From NCBI RefSeq assembly GCF_963921235.1, contig NC_086097.1:234238001-234302000 (forward strand): a stretch of DNA of 64,000 nt, given 5' to 3'. Under the pieces are notes generated by a model. The model was given only the letters and a program-made list of their open reading frames with translations. It had not been told where the DNA came from and searched no databases. Below are positions 36,570-47,007 of the stretch, in pieces (positions within the stretch are counted from its first letter, which is position 1; the number at the start of each line of letters is the position of its first letter). Position numbers and translations under genes: made by a program. Source of the stretch: Mobula hypostoma (lineage: Eukaryota).

Positions 36570-37060
36570 GACGCGAATGGTTGATGGTTGTGTTGAGATG
36601 TTCTCCCAATTTGGTAATTTACCTGCAAACGTTTCATCACCATGTAAGGCGACATCATCAGTGTGCTGTTGATTGTGGTGTGTCCTCCAAATGCTTGTCC
36701 TTTAAATACTTTTCAATCAGCTGATTTGGACATCATATCAGAAACTCAGAAATGAGGTCTACAAAATCAAATGCGATGACTGCAGCAAATATTGTGTTGG
36801 TGAAACTGGGAGAAAACTACACACAAGGATCCATGAACATCAGTTGGCTATAAAGTGGCATGACCAACTCTCCCTAGTCTCTACCCGTGAAGACTGAGGG
36901 GCACAGATTCGACGGGGCATCAGTGAAAGTTGTGGCGCAAGTGAATGTGTGGCATGCAAAAGAGTTCCTAGAAGAAGACTTCAATCCTACTTATGAGCCA
37001 ATGCAGGAAAAATTCCTGATCTCAACTCACGAAGTTCACCACGCAGCCAATCAGCGACGA
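36570..37060 (+). mobile_element. Penelope-type element: inverted pLTR with hammerhead (minus, ~36624-36665), then GIY-YIG fragment (plus)
   Basis: VYKIKCDDCSKYCVGETGRKLHTRIHEHQLAIKWHDQLSLV from ~36757; minus strand cactgatgatgtcgccttacatggtgatgaaacgtttgc. Confidence 0.82.
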
Positions 37061-37569
37061 GATCTCCTCCTGTTGAGTTTCCACAATGATGCCCATCTAA
37101 ATTCCACTTAATTTTCCCCAACTACAAATGAGGACCCCTTTAATTTTCACAGCAAATATCATCTTCCCAATTTGTATGATTCACAGTTGGTTTTAGGAGG
37201 CAGGATACAGCTATGTTCCAACTAGCCAAGATGAAAGTTCTAGTATGATTTATAACTGCATCATCTGAACTTGGTTCAGCTTCTCATCTGTCTCTGCTCT
37301 GATATTCTGTCTATCAGAATGGATGGCCATACAAATGTTTGGACACATGGCAGCTGAGGGCACATTGCTGGAGATACTTGCTTCACTATTTCTGTCCTAG
37401 TGGTCAATTGGTTAAACTTTTCTAATGTTGACTACTTTAAATATTTTGAAAATGAAGGTCCTATATAAACAGTATATATGAAATAAAAGACTATTAGATG
37501 AGGAATTTTATAATTGTAGACCTGTTAGGTTGCATTAAATTCACCCCCCTATGTATGTGTGGCATTTGT

Positions 37570-37945
37570 GTTGGGTGGCAGGATGGAGATATATTTCTTC
37601 CAAAAGAGGAATAAAGCTCTCCGCTAGTCTGCAGGTCACTCCTGGTCAAGGTGTAGTATCAGCTTAGTCTCCCCCTCCCCCAATCAGGGTCATGTGAAGC
37701 TATGAAGGTTGTAGATGGTTGTATGAGCTGCTGGTGCATATCAGAAGTCCTGCTTATGCGACCACTGAAGCCACATGGACAATCCCTGAAGAGTATTGAT
37801 AATGGATGGAGGTCACCTGTTTGGCAAAGATACGGCCCAGAAGAAGGCAATGGCAAACCACCTCTGTAGAAAAATTTGCCAAGAACAATCACGATCATAA
37901 GACCATGATTGCCCACGTCATACGACATGGCACATAATGATGATG
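37570..37945 (+). mobile_element. RTE-related short element, copy 3
   Basis: gaagaaggcaatggcaaaccacctctg...ttgccaagaa; (ATG)n tail. Confidence 0.78.
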
Positions 37946-38714
37946 TATGTGTGTGTGGGTCTGTCTGTCTGCATGTCTTTGTCTGTCTATCTCTGTGCCT
38001 GTGCCTGAGTAAAAGAAGCTGGTGTGAATTATTGCTATGAATACTGTTTGCCAGGACGACATTTCCTCAGCTTACTTTGGGGTAGATTGATTTAAAACTT
38101 GGCACGATGTAGCTTCCTAAGTGAAACTTATTTCATCGTATCCTTTATGTATTAGTTTGAATTAGTCAGCAGCAATTATCTTATTGTTGGCTTGTCTCAG
38201 TTGTGCAATTCACTAAGATCAATACTAATTTGTCAGGGGAAGGAAAAAACTTTTAAGTGTTGTGATATTTCCATGTGGATCCCTGAAGAAAAAGCCCACA
38301 TGCTCTTGGCACCAGATGTAACAGCATCTTTTTAAATGTTGCACTGGAAAAACACTTGTAACATATTGTAGAGGCATCAAAGACAGAAGCTTCCTTTCAA
38401 TTGGCTGTAAAACCTTGTGGAAGCAAATCATAAATAATATTTTCTGATTTAACATTGAGAGTGCAAACTCAATATTTTATGTTTTTGAGAGGTAGAAACA
38501 CCGCCGACAGGAAGTCCATCATGGGCAAAATATATACTTTGATAATAAATTTACTTTGAACCTTGAACTTAATAACTAGTACATGAATTGTTTTGCATGT
38601 TCAGGATATCCCACTGCTCACGATGGAACTTTGAGCTAAGTGAATTTAATACAGCAGAAGTATTGTAAAATATAAGAACTTCATTGAAGCTTTAGATATG
38701 TTGTCAAATTAAGG

Positions 38715-41183
38715 AAATGTGTAAAACTAATAAGGTTGTTGTCAACTACCCTAACATAAACCGGGACCTTCCTAGTATAAAGGTTTTAGATGGGGCTGAA
38801 TTTACTAAGTGTTTCCAGAAAGGTTTCTTAAATCAATGTGTGAATGGTCCAATGAGAGGAGGGACCATGCTGGACCTGGTGTTGAGTAAAGAGCCAGGTG
38901 AGGTGATGGACCATTCAGTGGATGAACAGTTAGGGAATGGTGACCACAACTCCTTATCTTTCAGGATAGCTATAGATAAGGATAGATATGGTCATTGTGG
39001 GAGAGTTTTAAATTTGAGTAGGGAAATTATGAGGGCATTAGGCAGTAACTGAATAGCGTTAATTGGGCACACTTTTTGTTGGCAAGTCTACATCGGACAT
39101 ATGGAAGGTGTCTAAAGTTCAGTTGCACAGAGTACAGGAAAGATATGTTCTTGTTAGAAGGGAGGATAGGGATGGAAAAATAACAGAACCTTGGATGTCA
39201 AGAATGGTGATGTATTTAGTCAAGAAGAAAAAGGAGAAGTATATTAAGTTTCGGAAGTTAGGATCAAATGAAGCACATGAGGAGTATGAAGAAGCCAAAA
39301 AAGAATCTAAAGAAGGGAACGCCAGGAATGGCTATGAAAAGCCCTTGGGAAGTAGACTTAAGGTGAATCCCAAGACATTATTTACATGCATCAAGAGTAA
39401 GAGGATAACTAGGGAGAGGATGGGTTCACTCAAGGATGAAAGTGAGAACATTTGCTTGGACGCAGAGAATGTCAGTGAATGTTAATGAGTACTTTGCTTC
39501 AGTATTTACTAAGTAAAAGGATATAAAGGACCAGGAGATAAGCGCTGAGTGTATAAATATGTCTGGGTGTTTGGAGGTCAACAAGGAGGAATGTTGGGCC
39601 TCCAAATGAGTATTAAGGTGGGCAAGTCCCCAGGGCCTGATGGGGTTTACCCCAGGTTATTGAAGGAGGGAAGAGATGAGGTTGCTGGGCCATTGACCAG
39701 TATCTTTGTGTCCTCTTTAGCCACAGCTGAGGTCCCGGATGACTGGTGACTGGCTAAAGTTGTACCTCTGTGAACAGAGGGAACAAGGGAAAATCCTGGG
39801 AACTATAGACTGGTGAGTCTCACATCAGTTGTAGGGAAATAGCTGGAGAAAATTCTTAAGGATAGGATCTTTGAAAATTCAGAAACCTATGGCTTAATTA
39901 GGGGGAGCTAGTATGTCTTTGTGCATGGCAGGTTGTGTCTTACCAACTTGGTTGAGTTTTTTTGACAAGGAGATGAGCAAGATTGATGAAGGCAGGGCAG
40001 TGGATGTTGTCTACATGGATTTTAGTAAAGTGTTTGACAAAGTCCCTCATGGGAGGCAAATCCAGAAGATTAAGATGCATGGCGTCCATGGTGATTCGCC
40101 TGTTTCGATTCAGCTCTGGTGTGCGCATAGAAGACAGAGCGTAGTGGTTGAAGCGACTTGTGTGAGCCGGAGGTCTGTAGTTAGTGGAGTTTTACAGTGA
40201 TCTGTGCTGGGACCTCTACTGCTTGTGATGTTTATAAAAGGCCTGGATGAAAATATCTTTGAGTGGGTTAGTAAATTTGCCAGTGAATCTGAGATTTGTG
40301 GAACCATGGATAATGTAGGAGACTGGCAAGTGATGCAGCATGATATAGATCAATTGCAGATATGGCCTGAGAAATGGCAGATGGAATTTAACACAGATAA
40401 ATGTTACACCTCGGTAGGGCAAATGCAAGGACACTGTTGAGGACAAGATCCTTAACAGTGTTGCTGAGCAGAGGGATCTTGGAATCAAAGTTCATAGCTC
40501 CTTGCAAGTGGCTATACAGGTTGATACAGTGGTTAAGAAGGCTTATGAAATGCTTGTTTTTATTAGTTGAGATATTGAGTTCAAAGGTCAGGAGGTTATG
40601 TTGCTACTTTATAAAACTTTGGTTAAGCCACATCTGCCGTATTGCATACAGTTCAAGTCACCTCACTATAGGAAAGATGTTGAGGCTTTGGAGAGGGTGC
40701 AAAAGAGGTTTGCCAGGATGCCTGACTGGTTTAGGGGGCATGTGTTATCGTGAGAGGTGAGACAAATTTGGTTTGTTTTCACTGGATGGTCTTCGGCTGA
40801 GGGGAGGTCTGACAGAGGTTTGAAGATTTCGAGATGCATAGAGTGAACAGAGTATCCATTTCCCAGGATTGAATTGTTTAATACCAAAGGCATGGATTGA
40901 AGGAGAGAGGGGGTAGTTTCAAGCAGGACGTGCGGGGTAAGATTTTTACTCAGAGTTGTGCATTTCTGGAATGCGCTGCCTGGTATGACAGTGGAGGCAA
41001 ATACATTAGAGGCTTGTAAGTGCTGTTTGGATAGGCACATGGATGTAAGGAAGATGGAGGGATATGGACATGGTGTAGGTTGGAGGGATTATTGTTTGTT
41101 GTTTTTGATTTGCTTTTTAATTGGTCCAGCACAACATTATGGGCTGAGTGGCCTATTCCTGTGCTATATCATTCTATGTTCTA
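38715..41183 (+). mobile_element. Old CR1 ORF2 (EN end, RT, 3' UTR), degenerate
   Basis: LDLVLSKEPG, KSPGPDGVYPRLLKE, VDVVYMDFSKVFDKVPH; many stops and frameshifts. Confidence 0.9.
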
Positions 41184-41269
41184 GGTTCCTTACGTCATCA
41201 CTACACAAATTATTGGAGAAGCTATTTAAGTTCCACTGAAAAATTGTGTGAATGACATGAATCACACCA

Positions 41270-41745
41270 ATGTTGGAGCAGGGTGGAGGAGCAACACCTT
41301 ATATTCCATCTGGGTAGCCCTTAACCTGATAGCAAGAATATCGATTTCTCCTTCTGGTATGTTTTCTTCACTCCCATTCCCCTTTCCTCCTATTCCTACC
41401 CCCCACCCCCCCCCGGCCTTTCACCTCATTTTACCCTCCTGGGTCCTTTCCTCCTTCCCTTTCTCCTATGATCCACTTTACTCTCCTATCAGGTTCCTTC
41501 TTCTCCAGCCATTTACCTTGCCCACCCACCTGGCTTCAACTATCACCTTCTAGCTAACCGTCTTCCCCTGCCCTCACCTTTTTATTCTGACATCTTCCCC
41601 CTTCGCTTCCAGTTCTGAAGAAGGATCTCAGTCTGAAATGTTAACTGTGTATTCATTTCCATAGGTTCTGCCTGACCTTCTGAGTTCCTCCAGAATTTTG
41701 CGTGTTTTGCTTTGGACTTCCAGTTTCTGCAGATGTTCTTGTGTT
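41270..41745 (+). mobile_element. Penelope-like (Neptune) 3' fragment
   Basis: Matches 44980-45470. Confidence 0.8.
41610..41647 (+). ncRNA. Minimal type I hammerhead ribozyme motif
   Basis: CAGTT-CTGAAGA-A-GGAT(CTCA)GTCT-GAAA-TGTT-AACTG; stems I and II can pair. Confidence 0.6.
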
Positions 41746-41754
41746 TATCCCAAA

Positions 41755-43245
41755 GCTAGAGATTTTCCCTTTGCAGCAAGGAGGATGAGAGGTGACTTGA
41801 TAGTGGTGTATAAAATTATGAGGCATAGACAGAGTGGACAGCCAGTGCCCTTTTCCCAGGACGGCAATGGCTAATACCAAAGGACATCCTTTCATAGTGA
41901 GCGGAGGAAAGCTTAGGGGAGATGGCAGAGGTAATTTTTTTACATGGAGGTGGTAAATGCCTGGAATATACTTCTGGGAGTGGTGATTGAGACTGAAACA
42001 TTAGGGACATTTAAGAGACTCTTTGATGGGCACATGGAAGAAAGGAAATTGGAGGGATGTGGTGGCATCTGTTAGTCCCACGAGACCATGGATCTGCGCC
42101 TGGAAAGTCTTGCTTCAGTCTGTGTTAGAGCAGCGTCTGTTGTGGCTGTAGAGGCCCACACAGGAGTGACAGTCTCGGCTGCAGCAACTGCACTTGAAGG
42201 CGCTGTCCTCCAGTGTTGTCTTGGTGCTGCTTTTCCGATGAGTGCGCTTTTCTTCAGCAGCAAGCCTCAGCTTCTTTTCTCCTCTTTTTAGACCTCTGTT
42301 TAGTTCCAGCCTCCAGAGAGAGCAATCGCTTGCGATGTCTTCCCACCTCTCGACGTTCATTTTCAGTGACTTCATGTCTCTCTTACAAATGTCTTTGAAA
42401 TGAAGATGGGGCCGCCCTTGTGCTCTCTCGCCGGAGGCCAGTTCCCCGTACAGCAGGTCTTTCAGGATCCTCCCATCTAACATGTGGTGTACATGGCCCA
42501 GCCAGCAGAGAAGGCGTTGTTGGAGCAGGGTGAAGAGGTTGGGTATCTGGGCACGGGCCAGGACCTCATTGTTGGTGACTCGGTCAGTCCACGTGATGTC
42601 CAGGATGCGTCTCAGGCTGCGAAGGTGGAAGGCGTTGAGACGCCACTCTTGTCTGTAGTAGAGGCTCCAGGTCTCGCTGCCGTAAAGCAGTGTGCTGAGG
42701 ACGCAGGCCCTGTAGACTGCAACTTTGGTGTGCGTCGTCAGCTTTCTGTTCTCCCAGACTCTCTTTGTCAGCCTGGCAAATGCTCAGGCTGCTCGTCCGA
42801 TCCGTCTGTTGATCTCGGGGTCTAGGGAGAGGCTGTCCATGATGGTGGAGACAAGGTACGTAAACTAGTGAACTACCTCCAGCTCATAGTTGTTGATGGT
42901 AATGGCAGGATATAGTCTATGTAAAAGGGAGGGGCTAGATTGATCATGGAGTGGGTTTATGTAGGTTGGCACAGCTTTGTAGGCCAAAGGCCCATGACGT
43001 GCTGTTATCTGTGGAATTCTCTACCCAATGAAGCAGTGGGTGCTACCTCAGTAAATATATTTAAGACAAGGTTGGATAGATTTTTGCATAGTAGGGGAAT
43101 TGAGGGTTATGGGGAAAAGGCAGGTAAGTGGAGATGAGTCCATGGTCAGATCAGCCATAATCTTATTGAATGGCGGAGCAGGCTCGATGGGCCGGATGGC
43201 CTACTCCTGTTCCTATTTCTTATGTTCTTATGTATTATGCTCTAT
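41755..43245 (+). mobile_element. CR1 3' fragments, interrupted by an RTE insertion and followed by a second CR1 3' end (43005-43245)
   Basis: CR1 C-terminal motifs and two successive 3' UTR hairpins/tails. Confidence 0.75.
42061..42908 (-). mobile_element. 5'-truncated RTE-clade LINE with C-terminal zinc-finger motif
   Basis: GRILKDLLYGELASGERAQGRPHLHFKDICKRDMK...FKCSCCSRDCHSCVGLYSHNRRC; 3' tail gactttccaggcgcagatccatggtctcg...gatgcc. Confidence 0.9.
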
Positions 43246-44164
43246 GCTCTATGTTAATATTACATACAGAAGGCTGACTTTAAAGAGCAGATCACATGCT
43301 CAAACATTGCAGTAGAATATTAACCAACTCCATTTACGTTTACTGACATCAGTTACTCTCCCTCTGGTGAGTTCAAACAGCTGTTCATGCAGAAAATCTC
43401 ATCCAGGAGGTCATATGAGTTCAGCCAGAATTTGCAGTTCCATCAGGACCAGGTTGACTATCACGCTCTTGTTTGACATGAAATTTGTTACTTTGCAGCA
43501 GCAGTACGATACAAAGACACAAAATTACTATAAATTCTAATATAAATAAATAGTGCAAAAATAAATATTGAGGTGGTGTCCATGGGTTCATGAACGATTC
43601 AGCCAACTGAATGTGAAGGTAAGTAGTTTCTGAATTGGCAAGTGTGGGTCTTCAGGCTCCTGTATCTGATTTCTGTTGGTAGGAGCAAAAAGAGGGTATG
43701 TCTTAAGAGAAGTGTTCATAGTGGTACATGTCGCTATACTTGTCGTCCACCACTTGCCTGAGCTTTACCTTGTCCTCGGTGCTTTATCTGAATGGCTCAA
43801 TAACTGTAGAAAGCAGAAGAAATCCTCTAGTAAGAAAGGACAGTAATTCAGCTTAATTGTCAAAAAAACTTCGAGGAGAGCATACCCTTAATTATCTTCA
43901 GGAATTTGGTGCTGCATTGTCTTGCTCTACTTTTAAATCCAGAAGCAACACGTTTCTCCCATCTGACAAATTTTAATGACTTACTCAAGACATTTCAATA
44001 GTACACCATTAATGAGGATACTTAGCTAACCCTGTAAGGATTACTGTAATTAATAGCACATCACCAGCTGATAGATCTCCACCTTGGCAATATTACTGAA
44101 GTCTGTTGTGTGTAGAGCCTGGAGTTGAACAATATATCAAAGGGAAAATGAGAAGTATTTCTTT

Positions 44165-45475
44165 GCAACACACACAAAATGCTGGAGGAACTCAGCCGGC
44201 CAGGCAGCATCCGTGAATAAAAGTACAGCCAACGTTTCGGGCTGAGACTCTCCGGCAGGACTGCAGAAGTAAAGATGAGGAAAAGATTTTAAAGGTGGAA
44301 GAGGGAAGAGAGAAACACAAGATTATAGGTGAAACTGGGAGGGGGAGGGATGAAGTAAAGAGCTGGGAAGATGATTGGTAAAATAGATACAGGACTGGAG
44401 AAGGGAGAGTCTGATAGGAGAGAAAGAAAAGTGGGGGGGGGTGTGGAGCACCAGAGGGAGGCGATGGGCAAGCAAAGAGGTAGCCCCTACCTTCCCACCA
44501 GCATCCACATTCAGCACATAATTCTCCAGAACTTCTGCCATCTCTAATGGGATCCCACCACCAAGCACATTTTTCTCCCCCCCCCCACTTTCTGCTTTCC
44601 ACTGGGATTCTCCCTATGCGACTCCCTTATCCATTTGTCCATCCCTACTGATCTCCCTCCTCGCACTTATCCTTGCAAGGGGAACAAATGCTACACCAGC
44701 CCCTGTACCTCCTCCCTCACTACCATTCAATGCCCCAAACAGTTCTTCCAGGTGAGGCAACACTTCACTACTGAGTCTTTTGGGGTCATATACTGTGACC
44801 GATGTTCTTGGTGCAGCCTCCTGTATATCAGTGAGACCCAATATTTTGCTGAGCACCTAGGTTCCATCCGTCAGAAGAAGTGGGATTTCCCAATGGCCAC
44901 CCATTTTAATTCCACTTCCTATTCCCATTCCGATATGTCAATCCATGGCCTTCTCTACTGTCGCGATGAGGCCACACTCAGGTTGGAGGAACAACACCTT
45001 ATATTTCTTTGGGGCAGCCTCCAACCTGATGGCATGAGCTTCGATTTCTCAAATTTCCAGTAACGCTTCCCACCCCACCATTCACCATTTCCCATCCCCT
45101 TTTCCCTCTCTCACCTTATCTCCTTACCTGTTCATCACCTCTCTCTGGTGCTCCTCCCCCTTTTCTTTCTTCCATGGCCTTCTGTTCTCTCCTATCAGAC
45201 TCTCCTTTCTCCAGCCCTGTAGCTCTTTCACCAATCCACTTCCTAGCACTTTACTTCATCCCATCCCCTCCCAGTTTCACCTATCACCTTGTGTTTCTTT
45301 CCCCACTTCCCATCTTTTAAAAATATCCTCATCTTTTTTTTCTCCTGTCCTGCGGAAGGGTCTTGGCCCGAAAGGTCGACTACATTTTTCCACAGATGCT
45401 GCCTGGCTTGCGGAGTTCCTCCAGCATTTTGTGTGTGGTGCTTGGATTTTCAGCATCTGCAGATTTTCTCCCCTG
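44165..45475 (+). mobile_element. Neptune-type Penelope-like element: inverted pLTR (44165-44480, minus) plus plus-strand 3' part
   Basis: The two arms are reverse complements; degenerate hammerheads at ~44225-44265 (-) and ~45345-45382 (+). Confidence 0.88.
44635..45063 (+). pseudogene. Penelope-like GIY-YIG endonuclease domain remnant
   Basis: Cys-rich linker YPCKGNKCYT, then GVIYCDRCSWCSLLYISET..FAEHL...HFN...RLEEQHLIF..GSLQPDGMS. Confidence 0.85.
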
Positions 45476-45689
45476 ATCAAGTACTTATTTGAATGACTTT
45501 CATTAGATGGCTAGACCCTGTGACAAAAACAGATTGTTGCTTAGGTTTCCAGCATCTGCAGATTTTCTTTTGTTTGAGAATGGACAAAAACAGATTTATT
45601 TGTTTCCCTTCCTGTTCTGTTAACATCATTTAGCAAAGCTGTGCAGGGTTCAGTGCACTCAGTAAACACTGTATTTGCAATGCAAGGCA

Positions 45690-45778
45690 TACAAAATGCT
45701 GGAGGAATTCAGTAGGACAGGCAGAATCTATGAAAATGAATAAACAATTGACGTTTCAGGCCAAGACCCTTCTTCAGC
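45690..45778 (-). mobile_element. Neptune pLTR remnant with intact hammerhead core
   Basis: Minus strand CTGAAGA-A-GGGT(CTTG)GCCT-GAAACGTC; 5' strand of stem I truncated. Confidence 0.7.
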
Positions 45779-47000
45779 ATAAGTGGTTTGAACCTCTGGT
45801 TAGATTGCCTTTGGAGTTTAGTGTTCAGTTCTGGTTGCCTCATTAAAGGAAGGGTTTTGAAGCTTCAGGGAGAGTGCAGATGAGATTTACCAGGATTCTG
45901 CCTGGACTAGAGCACATATCTTATGTGGAAAAGTTGAGCAAACTCGGGCTTTTCTCCAAACTTAAATTTGGATACTCAGGAGACAGTAGCACCACAACTA
46001 GGTTTCACACTGTAGGAACTGTGACCAACACTGTTATGCAAAGAGTCAATGGTTCTTTATTCCCATCTACGAAAACATCACTGATACCAGAAATCACTTT
46101 GGCTTTCATCCACAAGTTCTCAGATTCCCTCAGCTATTCAACTTGGCTTGACTGTGTCTCTGTAAGAATAAACAAATGCACAAACATTGATCACTTTTTC
46201 ATTATACATTTAACAAAATCTGGCAACTGTATTTTAAATTTCTTAGCCTAATAAATGCTATCTTTGCTCAAACTATATTTCAGTCAGAATCAAGAAATGA
46301 TCAATAGAGGAGAGGCTGTACTTGATCTGGTATTGGGAAATGAACCTGGTCAGGTGTCAGATCTCTCACTGGGAGAGCATTTTGGAGATAGTAACCACAA
46401 CTCTATCTCCTTCACCATAGCGTTGGAGATGTATAGAAGCAGAAAATTTGGGAAACCATTTAATAGGGGTAGGGGGAAATATAGTGCTATTAGGCAGGAA
46501 ATTAGGAGCAATAAAATGGGGGCGATAGTAAGGGGGTCAGATAGGCGATTCTGTGGACGCAGTCCAGAGACCCGGATGGTAGTTTACCTCCCTGGTGCCA
46601 GGGTCCGGGATATTTCTGATCGTGTCCAAGATATCCTGAAGTAGGAGGGTGAGGAGCCAGAGGTCGTGGTACATATAGGTACCAATGACATAGGTAGGAA
46701 AAGGGATGAGGTCCTGAAAGGAGAATATAGGGAGCTAGGAAGGGAGTTGAGAAAAAGGACCGCAAAGGTAGTAATCTCGGGATTACTGTCTGTGCCACGT
46801 GACAGTGAGAGTAGGAATGCGATGAGGTGGAGGATAAATGCGTGGCTGAGGGATTGGAGCAGGGGGCAGGGATTCAAGTTTTTGGATCATTGGGACCTCT
46901 TTTGGCGCAGGCGTGACCTGTACAAAAAGGACGGGTTACACTTGAATCCTAGGGGGACCAATATCCTGGCAGGGAGATTAGCGGGGGCTACTGAGGTGAC

Positions 47001-47007
47001 TTTAAAC
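47001..47007 (+). promoter_or_regulatory. Candidate -1 ribosomal frameshift slippery heptamer U_UUA_AAC
   Basis: acT TTA AAC TAG is in the ORF1 frame and ORF2 is the -1 frame; same motif at 13130-13136 and 21142-21148 (minus). Confidence 0.65.
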
